Shown: positions 50,455 to 62,696 of the stretch, in pieces
Numbering within the stretch: the stretch's first letter is position 1
Layout of the letters: each line of letters opens with the position of its first letter
Position numbers and translations under genes: made by a program
Source of the DNA: Squalus acanthias
Taxonomy: Eukaryota
Direction: 5' to 3'
Length of the DNA stretch: 64,000 bases
Assembly (NCBI GenBank): GCA_030390025.1
Contig: CM059425.1
Coordinates: 162,256,001 to 162,320,000, forward strand
Notes under the pieces: model-generated
What the model saw: the letters and a program-made list of their open reading frames with translations, nothing else
Database searches by the model: none
Told to the model about the DNA's origin: nothing

Positions 50455-53400
50455 GGCCTGGATTTTGCGGTGGTACTGACGGCGAAACTGTCAGCGTTCA
50501 CTCTCATTACTCCTCTGAAACTGCCAGCAACTTCTGGAGCTGGCGCATGTGCAGATAAACGTGGAAATCCAGAAGTTGCTGTCACTGATTCTACGCTTCT
50601 CCATTGGGTGTGCTGTTGAACACCTCGGAGCTGGCAATCTTTGAGATATCACTGAACTGATGAAAACTTGAGCTTTTACCCTGTAATATCACTCTTTTTA
50701 TTTAAAAAAAAAAGGTTTAGCCTTGTTGAATGAGGTGTAACTGGGTTTTTAATGGTGTACTGATTCATAATTACTGCTGAACAACTGTTCTGGCCCTGAA
50801 ATACTAACTTTCTATTTGTTGAATGTCAAATTTAAAAAATTCTATGGTTTTTAAATATATAATTTTTTTTTAAAGTTTGTTTGATATTTCAATTTCTACC
50901 ATAATCCCATGTGTATGTCCCAATCCTAATTTCGCTCTCTAATAAAAAGTGAAGGAAAATCAGTGCATTTTACTTCCCAGTTTGCTGTCTGTAAGAATTC
51001 TTCAATGTGATTGACTGCTTAGCCAGCTTGATGACTTAACTGCCCCTTGGGTCAGAGTGATCATAATATGATAGAATTCTTCATTAGATGGAGAGTGAAG
51101 TAGTTGAATCAGGGACTAGGGTCCTGAATTTAAATAAAGGAAACTACGATGGTATGAGGCGCGAATTGGGTAGGATTGATTGGGGAATGTCACTCAAGGG
51201 GTTGACGGTGGATAGGCAATGGCAAACATTCAAAGACTGCATGGATGAACTACAGAATTTGTACATCCCAGTGTGGCATAAGAATAAAACAAAAAGGGTG
51301 ACTCAACCGTGGCTAACAAGGGAAATTGGGGATAGCATAAGATCCAAGGAGAGGGCATATAAATTGGCCAGAAAAAGCGGTAGCCCTGAGGATTGGGAAC
51401 AGTTTAGGATTCAACAAAGGAGGACAAAGGGATTAATTAAGAAGGGGAAAATAGAATATGAAAGTAAGCTTGCTGGGAACATAAAAACTGACTAAGAGCT
51501 TTTATAGATATGTGAAGAGAAAAAGATTAGTGAAATCAAGTGTAGGTCCCTTGCAGTCAGAAGCGGGGGAAGTTATAATGGGGAACAAAGAAATGGCAGC
51601 CCAATTAAATGCATATTTTGGTTCTGTCTTCACAAAGGAGGACACAAATAACCTCCCAGAGATGTTGGAGAACATACGGTCTGATGAAAGGGAGGAACTG
51701 AAAGAAATCAGTATTGTTAGGGAAATTGACGGTATTGAAGGCCGATAAATCCCCAGGGCCTGATAATCTACATCCTAGGGTACTTAAGGAAGTGGCCCTA
51801 GAAATAGTAGATGCATTGCTGATCATCTTCCAACATTCGATGGAATCTGGAACTGTACCCATGGATTGGAGGGTAGCTAATGTTACCCCACTATTCAAAA
51901 AGGGTGGTAGAGAGAAAGTGGGGAATTACAGACCGGTAAGCCTGACATCGGTAGTGGGGAAAATGCTAGAGTCCATTATAAAGGATGTAATAGCTGAGCA
52001 TTTGAAAAACAGTGACAGGATCGGACAAAGTCAACATGGATTTACAAAAGGTAAATCGTGCTTGACTAATCTACTGGAATTTTTTGAGGATGTAACTGGG
52101 AAAATAGATAAGAGAGAACCAGTAGATGTGGTGTATTTGGACTTTCAAAAGGCTTTCGATAAGGTCCCGCATAAGAGATTAGCGGGTAAAGTTAAGGCAC
52201 ATGGGATTGGGGGCAAGGTATTGACTTGGATAGAGAACTGGTTGGCGGACAGAAAGCAGAGAGTAGGAATTAATGGGTCTTTTTCCAAGTGGCAAGCAGT
52301 GACTAGTGGGGTACCGCAGGGATCGGTCCTTGGACCCCAGCTATTCACAATATACATTAATGATCTAGATAAGGGAATTAAATGTAATATCTCCAAGTTT
52401 GCAGATGACACAAAGCTGGGTGGGAGTGTGTGCAGCGAGGAGGATAGCGAGAAACTCCAGGATGATCTGGACAGGTTGGGTGAGTGGGCAGAAGCGTGGC
52501 AGATGCAATATAACGTGGATAAGTGCGAGGTTATCCACTTTGGTGTCAAAAACAGAAAGGCAGACTATTATCTGAATGGCAATAGATTGGGAGAAGGGGA
52601 AGTGCAACGAGACCTGTGTGTCCTTGTGCACCAGTCGCTGAAAGTAAGCATGCAGGTGCAGCAGGCGGTGAAGAAGGCAAATGGTATGTTGGCCTTCATA
52701 GCGAAAGGGTTTGAGTATAGGAACAGGGATGTCCTGCTGCAGTTGTACAGGGCCTTGGTGAGACCACACCTTGAGTACTGTGTGCAGTTTTGGTCGCCTT
52801 ATCTGAGGAAGCATGTTCTTGCCATGGAAGGAGTTCAGCGAAGATTCACAAGGCTGATACCTGGGATGGCAGGAATGACATATGAGGAGAGATTGGGTCG
52901 ATTGGGCTTATACTCACTGGAGTATAGAAGAATGAGAGGGGATCTCATCGAAACATATAAAATTCTGACAGGTCTGGACAAACTAGATGCAGGAAGAATG
53001 TTCCCAATGGTCGGAGAGTCCAGAACCAGGGGTCATAATCTACGGATAACGGGTAAACCATTTAGGACAGAAATGAGGAAGAATTTCTTCACCCAGAGAG
53101 TGGTGAACCTGTGGAATTCTCTACCACAGAAGGTAGTTGAGGCCAAGTCATTAAATATATTCAAGGATGAGTTAGATATATTTCTTAAAGCTAAAGGTAT
53201 CAAGGGATATGGGGAGAAGGCAGGTACAGGGTACTGAGTTTAGATGATCAGCCATGATCTCATCGAATGGCGGAGCAGGCTCGAGGGGCCGAATGGCCTA
53301 CTCCTGCTCCTATCTTCTATGTTTCTATGTTGCTGGATGCTGGAGATCTCCTAGACTTGACGCCAGCATGAAATTCACGTCTGGAGAGCTGAAATTCCTG

Positions 53401-53473
53401 CCGCAGAGATTGCTAGATCTTTGTGGGCAGCTTTCTTCGCCGTTGCTTCGCCGCTGACAGCAAATTCCGGGCC
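50455..53473. mobile_element. Harbinger-type MITE split by a CR1
   Basis: TIR GGCCTGGATTTTGC / GCAAATTCCGGGCC, TSD ATT. Confidence 0.82.
51043..53328 (+). mobile_element. young 5'-truncated CR1 with uninterrupted RT-to-stop ORF
   Basis: ORF 51714..53237 (507 aa) with all RT motifs; 3' UTR and (TTTCTATG)n tail. Confidence 0.96.
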
Positions 53474-53909
53474 ATTATCACTTGCTTTTCTACATTCACT
53501 TCGACTTTTGACAGTTCTGTGGAACATTGCGTAGATCTTTCAGCTTTGGAAGTCTTTGATGTTTTTAAAACCTTTGCTATTGCAGCACTGTATATGATTG
53601 ACACTTCAGCTTTCAAGCTCTGAGGAGCAACATATTACTGATGGCCTGTAATGTTCAGAGTACCCCTTTATCCACTGCAAAAATGGGTGCTGTAGAGTAA
53701 AATAAAATATAACAATTATGCTTCATAGAAAAATGAAGAGGAACTTGTATAAACAGGATACTGCACCTAATAGCTTAATACTAGTTTTATTCTACTTGAG
53801 CATGACCCTTATAAATTTGTAGAATAAAAGCTGATATGAAACACCAGTAAGTATCTTTACATACTGTCTGTCACAAAAACTCACCATTTACTTGATTTTC
53901 TAAAACCAT

Positions 53910-54295
53910 GGCCTCAGGAAACTTGGCAGTAAAACCGAGGCAGGAGCTGCTGGCTTCCCAAGTTAAGTGGTTGTTTCAGCGCTCCTTGTATGCCAGGAGG
54001 AGCAGGACTGCTTTCCTCAAGGAAGCCTTTGCCCTCCCCCCCCCAACCAATCACAGGCTTCTCTCGCACTCCCAATTGCCGACTGTCCCCAAGGGTCTCC
54101 AGCTGCAGCCTCCTGATGTTGGTGTTCCCTGCTGGCCAGGCTGTCCATTTGGTCGGCTGGCGACGGAGTTACAAGATGTTAATGAGGTCCTGCCGTTAAT
54201 ATTGGCAGGACTTCCATGTCCCCAACCTTGCCTGGTTCTTCGTCCGTTTTCAGCATTGCCCACACCCTCTTCGCCTACCCATAAATATCAGGGCC
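53910..54295. mobile_element. probable Harbinger-type MITE
   Basis: GGCC.. / ..AAATATCAGGGCC ends with CAT on both sides; TIR is weak. Confidence 0.55.
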
Positions 54296-55767
54296 CATGT
54301 TTCTGTGTCTTTCATAAATGGCACAGTAAGAAATTAATGATTCCCCTTTTTTTAAGGCACATGTAACCATGCAAAACTTTTGCAAATCTACTGCCTGACC
54401 AAAGAACAAACTCACACAATCACAGTCAGTTGAATCTTGTTCATGATTTAATGCGCTATTGGACATCTGGTCTTCAACCAAAATTGTGATTGGTCTTATT
54501 GTGCAATTAGTTACTAACACCCTTTCCTATCTCGTTTCACCTCTTCTTCCTTCCCCAAACCAGCACACAGAGAAATTCTGTGTAATATATAATCTTCACT
54601 TCTACCTTCAGTAAAATTCCTGAACGCTACCTTCTGCATTCAATACTTCCAGTCAGCTATAAAATTAGACTCATTAAAACAATGGCCTGGATTTTGCAAA
54701 CTTACCTGATGAGAACCCTCCTTTATGAACTTGCTGTTTGATGCTGCGTACGAGAAGGCAGCTTAATGGCCCCACAAATGCCAGGGGCACCGTGTGTGCG
54801 GAAGCATACATGGGATCTCATGGGCCGGTGTTCCAATCAGGAAGCAGAAGGTCTCTCATTGAGAATTGATCTTTGAAGCATTTATATTTGGAGAATAAAC
54901 ATTGCAATAAACTTCGGATACACATAGCTCTGGTTTTACTTTCAATTAAAACAAGGATATTCCGATTTTGTTTTTTAAGCCTTCGTCCGAAGTGCGTTTT
55001 GCATTTTGCCTCTTGTCTGATGAATTGATAGTGCGCGAGTGATATCGGGATAAGATCAAGCATTTGTTTATCAAAATATGAAGTGCAGTTTTAATTATTA
55101 ATGTGTAGTTGAATACTTGATTCTGTGTCAATTTGTGCTATTCCACATTTTCTCCGGGTGCCGTCCCAAATGAGAGACTCGGGTTTCACAACGTTCCTGG
55201 ATGTCATCTAATTGGGCGAAAAAAAGCATCCAATACAGTAACAAAGCATTAGATGAAGATTTTTTTCATGCCTCTTACGCTGTGGAAACACAATATGGGC
55301 AAGCTTGGCAGTGTTCCTGCTTGATGATTCTATTTTTAAATCCGCACTTTCACTTGTGTTGCAATTTTTTTTAAATGATTGCTATATTTGCTAGATTAAG
55401 AAATAAATTTGGTAACACCAGGTAGCCATATGAACCACGGACCATTGTTGGTTGGCTTATGGTCATGTGATCCTATGACTAATTTTCCAAAATCTTGTTC
55501 TGTAGAATACTGCTTGATATTCTACAGAATATCAAACCCATGCAGCATAACTTCATGAATGCAATCGTATGCTCCAGATAGCTTAATGATAACTGTAAAA
55601 CTGATGAGCACAGTTGTTACGGACCAAAGGAAAACCTGTTTGGATTGAATGAAGAGTGGGAAATCTTAGCCAATAGGCAGGCATAGCACTGAATCCTTGG
55701 GTGGTTTGCTGATATCACTAGTCTGAACCGTGCGAGTTGTAATCTATTGTTTTCTTGCCTCTGCTAG

Positions 55768-55860
55768 GGGAGATGCACCTGCACAAGTTCTGTGCACAGG
55801 ATAAGGTGGAAGAACTTAGAAAGCTGCTCTCAGAGCCTGGCATTGACATAAATGTTAAAG
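55768..55860 (+). CDS. SLF1: SLF1 exon, ankyrin repeat 1 (phase 1 to 1)
   Basis: ctgctag|GG...AAAG|gtatgt; GEMHLHKFCAQDKVEELRKLLSEPGIDINVK. Confidence 0.95.
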
Positions 55861-55930
55861 GTATGTGTCCTGAAAATGTTCAAGCAAATTCCAACGAATT
55901 TGTAGAAATAGAAAGATTTTTTGGTAATAT

Positions 55931-56196
55931 TGTTGAGGCTGCCGCGAAACACGAATAGAGGCTGAATCCATATGTGGAAAACAAGAAACTTTTATTCACT
56001 GCATGCTACACAAAATGGCTGAGAGCAAGCTGCTCCCAGAATTCTCTGCTTAAAAACTCCCAGAATTCTCTGAGTAAAACCTGAGGCCCCGCCCCCTTCT
56101 GCCTTAAAGGTAATGTGCCTTAAAGGGGAAGGGGCTGGAAATTTGTCCACAGACGGAAGAGTGGATTATGCCCGTTTTAGGTGGCGATCCGCCACA
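55931..56196 (-). mobile_element. short solo LTR (266 bp)
   Basis: TGT...ACA termini, 4-bp TSD ATAT, AATAAA on the - strand near 55991. Confidence 0.72.
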
Positions 56197-56470
56197 ATAT
56201 CGTGTTAATATTACCTTGATAAATCCACCAAAGTTTTCTTGGTTCTAGATAATCCAGGAGATTGTGATTTCCATAAACTCCATTTAAAGCTTGAAGATTA
56301 CACAAGACATTTTGTGTATCAATTTCATAATATTCTTTGACTGTTTTGGAACATTAAGGAGGAGTTTGTATTTCCTTTTGCAGGCCAAAATTGTAGGTTT
56401 TATAGAAAATGAATAAGAGCTTTAACACTGCTAATACAAACGCATATTCATTGCATTTCTGTTTGTGCAG

Positions 56471-56653
56471 ATCATGCTGGCTGGACTCTACTGGATGAAG
56501 CCTGTAACCATGGTAACATATGCTGTGTTCAAGAAATTCTGCATCTTTGTCCAGAGGTTAACTTACTAAGCACTAAGGGTGGAGTGACGCCTTTACATGT
56601 TGCATTGATCAATGGACATTTAACGATTGCAAAGTTACTCGTTGAGCATGGTG
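56471..56653 (+). CDS. SLF1: SLF1 exon, ankyrin repeats 2-3 (phase 1 to 1)
   Basis: gtgcag|AT...GGT G|gtaaga; DHAGWTLLDEACNHGNICCVQEILHLCPEVNLL...GVTPLHVALINGHLTIAKLLVEHG. Confidence 0.96.
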
Positions 56654-58521
56654 GTAAGAGAAATTCTCAAATTACTAACTAATCTACGTGCAGTTGTGTT
56701 TTTAAAATGGTTCTAACTTTCAATATTGAATCAATTTTCAAGTAGTCAGAAGAGGTACTATTGCATTGTAATGCACTGGTTGCCGGCAGCATATAGTACA
56801 TTGGCCTTTTTTAGTTGTAGAAGGATATAAATGCTGTGGACAGGGCAAAGAGAGGCCACATCCCTATTGTGTGTTTGGCTCGGAACCAAGAATGAATTTG
56901 GGTTTCTTTTTAATGGGTAGCCTATTGTGACAGGACATGATTAAGATGTGTTCTTTCTAATTAACTTCCTGCCCCCCACTACCCCCAGTGTGCTTTCCTG
57001 TTTTAATGCTGTAAGAATTTGCATTTACTTAGAACCCTCACGTCCTCAGGATGTCACTAAGTGCTTTAGAGTCAGTGAATTAATTTTGAAGTCTAGTCAC
57101 TGTTGCCATGTAAGAAAAGCAGCAGCCAATTTGTGCACAGTAGGGTCCCACTAACAGCAATAAGATAAACGACCAGGTATTCTGTTCTGGTGGTGTTGCT
57201 TGAGGGATAAATGTTGGTCAGGACACTGGAAGAATTCACCTGCTCTCTGAATAGTGCCATGGGATCTTTATGTCCACCTGAACAGAGAGAGGGGACATCT
57301 CATCTAAAAGGCAGCACCTCCAAAAATGCAGCACTCTCCTCATCTTCTGACTCGGAGGCAAAAGTGCTACCACTGAGCCAAGCCGACACTTAAGTGCTAC
57401 TAGATATTCCAGTTTGAAATGGCATTACAAACGAACTCTGTAAACCAGCAGTCGGTCTTCTCTCTGGAGTCACACATCTTGCACATTGTAGAAATGAAGT
57501 GAGCTTTTTGCACTAAACAGTAGAAGACTAAAGAGAAATACCTTGCGCTTATAGAGCATCTTGCATCCTCATGCCTTTCCAAGGCTTTTTATAATCAATG
57601 AATTACTTTTGAAGGGCAAACATTATATAAGAAACAGCAAGGGGCAGAAAACATTGGTGGGAGTGTTTATAGGCCCCCAAACTGTAGTTGTAATGTAGGG
57701 CAGAGTATAAATCAGGAATTAGAGGCGCATGTAACAAGGGTAATACAGTAATCATGGGACTTTAATCTACATATAGATTAGGCAAACCAAAGTTGCAGTA
57801 ATAGTGTGGAGGATGAATTCCTAGAATGTATGCAAGATAGTTTTCCAGATCAGTATGTTGAGGAACCAACTAGGGAACAGGCTATTTTAGATCTAGTATT
57901 GTGCAATGTGAGAGGATTCATTAATAACCTTGTAGTAAAGGGGCCTTTCGGGAAGAGTGACCATAATATGATAGAATTTTATACTGAGTTTGAAAGTGAT
58001 TTAGTTAAATCCGAAACTAGGGTCTTAAATCTAAACAAAGCAAACTCCGTAAGTATGAGGGGGGAGTTGGCTAAGGTAGATTGGGAAACTACATTAAAAG
58101 GTATGACGGTAGAGAAGCAATGGCTAGCATTTAAAGAATTAATACATAATTTACAACAAATAAACATTCCTTTAAGGCACAAAAACCCCACAGGAAAAGT
58201 GGTCCAACCGTCACTAATGAGAAGTTAAAGATAGTATTAGATCAAAGGAAGAGGCTTATAATGTTGCCAAAAAGGGTAGTAAGCCTGAGGAGTGGGAGGA
58301 TTTTAGAATTCAGCAAAGGAGGACCAAGAAATTGATAAAGAAAGGGAAAATAGAATATGAGAGTAAACTAGCAAGAGACATAAAAACAGACTGTAAGAGC
58401 TTCTATAGGTAAGTAAAAAAGGAAAATATCAGCAAAAGTAAATGTGGGTCCCTTACAGGCAGAGACAGGAGAAATTATAATGGGGAATAAGGAAATGGCA
58501 GAGAAATTAAACAAATACTTT

Positions 58522-59343
58522 GGGGGGAATTTTGCCAGCCCTGGGGAGGCGGGACTGCCAGGAAAATGGCAGAATCTGGGAGCGGGTGCCCATCCCGCCC
58601 CCAACCCACCTCCGTGCCATCTTCCCAGGAGGCGGGTACCCAACCCGCGCTGGGAGCCGCCTCCCCGAGGCGGGAAGGGGATTATAGCCACTTAACTGCC
58701 TGTTAACAGGCAGTTAAGAGGATTATCCCCATTTTACCCCTGCAAGTGCGGGCTTCCCTACATTGGGAAACCTCGCCAGGGTCAGCGAGGCGAGCAGTGG
58801 GTCTGCGGGGGTGAGAGGGGTCCAAAAGTGCGCAGTAGAGGTGAGTGCTGGGTGCAAGTGTGGAGAGGTAAGTATGAGAGGTGAGTGTAAAGTGATAGAA
58901 AATGTTTACTTACCTTTGTTTCTTCCTGCAGGCTTCAACCGTTGGGGAACCGGAGACTCCCGCATCTCACTGGCAGAGATGACAGATGGCTGCTGCATTC
59001 TCCGATGCACCAGCCATCTGATTTCTGCTCCGCAGATAAGTTTGATGAGTCTTGAATACAAGGACTCATAAAGCAACAGGGAATGTCTGTGTTTGACAGC
59101 TTCACAGAGCTGTCAAATGATGACAATTCATCTGTCAAAAAATTTTGACAGATGAAACATCATACGCTGACGTTCTCTGTCACCGGCTTTCCCTTAATTG
59201 GCCTGCTAAACCCGCTGGGCGGGCTTAACAAGGTCAATCAAGGGAAAATAGTGTGGGTTGGCCAGAAGTCAATGGAGGCGGGACTAAAACCCGACAAGTG
59301 GGAGTCCCGCCTCCAAAAGCTCCCCATTGGCAAAATCCAGCCC
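58522..59343. mobile_element. Harbinger-type MITE (family B, inverted relative to 20286-21110)
   Basis: TIR GGGGGGAATTTTGCCA / TGGCAAAATCCAGCCC, TSD TTT, splits CR1 KYF|VSVFT. Confidence 0.9.
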
Positions 59344-60106
59344 TTTGTGTCTGTCTTCACGGAAGAAGACGCAAAAAACTTCCCGGAAATATTGGAGAAC
59401 CAAGGGTCTAGCGAGAATGAGGAACTGAAAGAAATTAGTATTAGTAAAAAAAAATAGTGCTGGAGAAATTAATGGGACATAAAGCCGATAAATCCCCTGG
59501 CCTACATCCTTGGGTTTTGAAAGAGGTGGCTAAAGAGATAGTGGATGCATTGGTTGTCATTTTCCAAAATTCCATAGATTCTAGAACGGTTCCTGCGGAT
59601 TGGAAGGTGGCAAATGTAACCCCACTATTTAAGAAAGGAGGGAGAGAGAAAATGGGGAACTGCAGTTAGCCTGACATCAGTAGTAGGGAAAATGCTAGAA
59701 TCTATTAAGGACATGGTAACAGGGTACTTAGAAAATAATAATAGGATTGGGCAGAGTCAACACAGATTTATGAAAGGGAAATCGTGTGTGACAAATCTGT
59801 TAGAGTTTTTTGAGGTTGTAACTACAGAATAGATAAGGGGGAACCAGTAGATGTGGTGTATTTGGATTTTCAGAAGGCATTCGATAAGGTGCCACGCAAG
59901 AGGTTATTAAACAAAATTAGGGCTCATGGGATTGGGGGTAATATACTAGCATGGATTGGTTAACGGACAGAAAACAGAGAGTAGGAATAAACGGGTCATT
60001 TTCGGGTTGGCAGGCTGTAACTAGTGGGGTACTGCAAGGATCAGTGCTTGGGCCTCAGCCATTCACTATCTACATCAATGATTTGGATGAGGGGACCAAA
60101 TGTAAT

Positions 60107-60799
60107 GACCCAGATATTCCAATCCCTACGGGTGGGTACGCGCTGTGCAGCGCATGCGCTGAAAACCGGCATTTCCGATCTGTCAAGAATGCTCTTGACA
60201 GATCCTCCGGCTGCCCTGGAGCAGGGCCTCTGCGGGCAGATAGTTCTGTTTTTTGGAGACCCTCCACCCGCAGAAAACCCTTACAATTCTTACGCCTGGT
60301 AAAAGCAGGCGTAAGGCCTGCTTTTACCAGGATAAGAGTTGAAAAATTTTTTTTTTTTTTAATTTCACTGATTTATCATTTAAAAATACTTTAAAAAAGG
60401 TAAGTTTATTTTTAGCCCTGTAAAAAACTTGAATTATTTTTTTCAAAAATGTAAATTTTTGTTTAAAATATTTAATTTATTGTAATTTCAAGTCATTTTA
60501 AAAATGTGTTTTTTAATTTTATTTAAAGTTTTACTATGTTTTTGGGGTGGTCTCCATTCATATATTTGACAGGTCTTCCTGTCAAGTGTATGAAGGGATA
60601 ATCCCTTCTTTGATTGGCTCCCCATGGCCCACATGATCCCAGGGACGCTGCGAACTGCCTGCGCCTCTGGGATACGTGGGCCCTGCGCACTTGGAGTTTG
60701 GAGAGGCCCAGGATCGGAAGTGTGTGCGTCCCGGGAGCCCTCAGGTAAGGGCGTAGATTTTTCCAGATCGCAGGCCTCCGCACGCGGAAAATACGGGCC
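60107..60799. mobile_element. Harbinger-type MITE (family C)
   Basis: TIR GACCCAGATATTCC / GGAAAATACGGGCC, TSD AAT, splits CR1 KCN|ISKF. Confidence 0.85.
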
Positions 60800-62587
60800 A
60801 ATATATCCAAGTTTACTGATGATACAAAGCTGGGTGGGAATGTAAGTTGTGAGGAGGATGCAAGGAGGATTCAAGGGGATATCGACAGGCTAAGTGAGTG
60901 GGCAAGAACATGGCAAATGGAATATAATGTGGAGAAATGTGAAGTATTTCCATATTTGTAGTCACATTTTTAAAAAGTCCAGGAGAAATTGGATTAGCAA
61001 GTATTATAAGAAATGTTAGATTCTATAATTTGATGCAAGACAAGTATTAAAAGTTTGGAAATAAGGTACAAGCAGAGATGAATTGGTTCCAGTGGAATAA
61101 ATCATATTTCTAAAGTATGCCAGTGCAAATGGTATTAAAACTAAGGAATGATGAGCAATGAATAGATGGAAAATTAACATTTGAGAAATTATGTTGTCTC
61201 AACATTCATTGTACAGCAATTTTGTTTGTACAATTTGTTTTCAATTTTAATCCTCTGCAGTAAGGCAAAGGACACTTGCCCAATCCAGTTGGCAAAATAT
61301 ATGGTAGTATAACTCCATTTCTTAATGGTATTTTTAGAAAGCAATGGATGCTTTTTCTGGAACTTTAAGGAGGACATTTTTTTATTTTAATTAATAGATG
61401 TGGTAGTCTAAGCTTGCTTAGTAAAGGCAAAGTTTGTAATTGTGTACTTAGCAAAAGGTAGGTCTATGCACTTTATTGCTGCCCTCTTTTGTAAGATTAT
61501 AGATTTCTCCTGTTCATATGATCTGACATCAGTGTTGCTTTGTGTTCAATAACAATTTTCTTTTTTGTGCTGGTCTGTTCTATTCTCTAGAGCTGCTGAG
61601 GTAGATTCACAGCAAAGCTAAACAATTGGTATCTTGAATATAACAAGTAAACTGAGTTTTAGACCACTATTAAGTTAATCATAGTTTCTCCTATGGTTTC
61701 TTGCCTTTGGGGAATTGCAATTTTTCTGTTAAACTCTTCCAACCAGAAACGTCAGCTGCTAAAAGTATTTTTAAATAGGTGTTAATATTTGACTTTAATA
61801 ATTGTTTACACTTGTTAAAGCATATTGTTTGCATGTTAATATGTAAACTGTTACATTAAATATTGCTGTTCCAGTGCACACATGTTGCACACAGCATTTG
61901 GGCACATGTTTATTTTATTGTGACATTTACTAATCTGGGTCATCCCTCTAAGAACGGTGCGCAGTGAAGACTTGGCACTTGCTCACGGAGGAGATAAAAG
62001 AATCGGAGAACGTTTCTCCAAGCCATATTCCAACATTTCCCAATGGCATGGTCAAGGTGGCCTGAACTTGGGAACGGGTCACTGATGTATCTCTAGCTCA
62101 GTGACTCCAAAGAGAGAAGGGGAGGCAATAGAATATAACTTTCAAATCACTTTAAAAATAGGTTCAAATGTACGATTTATAATGCTTGTTTAGCACTTCC
62201 TATAAATATACCGCACCAATAATACTTACGGGGAATTGAGAACAATTAAATCAAAATTAACAATTATTAATGATTTGACTATTTCCTGAAAGTAAATGCT
62301 GGAAATTCACATTGCCCTAACAATTTTTTGTACTTGATGCAACTTGATGGAGTGTAGGAAATGTAGGGAACATGAAAAATACTAGATAACAAACTTTGAA
62401 GAGGGTAGCATGGGTGAATTGAGATTTCAGAAGGCTGACATCATAGAAAGAAATTCCAAGACCCCTTTGTTTTTATGCAATGGAAAATCAATTAATTGCA
62501 ACATAGAGTTTGAACAACCTGCATTAACCTATTAAATACAGAAATGTTCTTCAACATTTGCAGTGGTTTAATGCTGAACATTATAAA

Positions 62588-62696
62588 AATGAGAAGTCGC
62601 ACAACACCAGGTTATAGTCCAACAGATTTATTTAATTTTAGTTGTGCGACTTCTCATTTTTGTCCACCCCAGTCCAACGCCGGCATCTCCACATCA
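62588..62696 (+). mobile_element. micro Penelope-like insertion (family 2)
   Basis: both arms match 48763-48980; perfect 12-bp TSD GAACATTATAAA at 62576 and 62697. Confidence 0.85.

Larger units (their letters stand above)
57650..60950 (+). mobile_element. decayed CR1 ORF2 with two MITE insertions
   Basis: endonuclease (YRPP, DQYVEEPTR, SDH) and RT fragments in ORFs 57806, 59457 and 59951. Confidence 0.9.

Noticed and set aside
51714..53237. 507-aa RT ORF as a host gene or retron-like system
   Set aside because: Typical CR1 ORF2 with CR1 3' UTR and tail, 5'-truncated, with many decayed paralogues in the window
59152..59457. Similar peptide in ORFs 59152..59457 and 20049..20477 as a conserved protein
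   Set aside because: Explained by nucleotide similarity of two MITE family-B copies; no domain, and frames run into CR1 sequence
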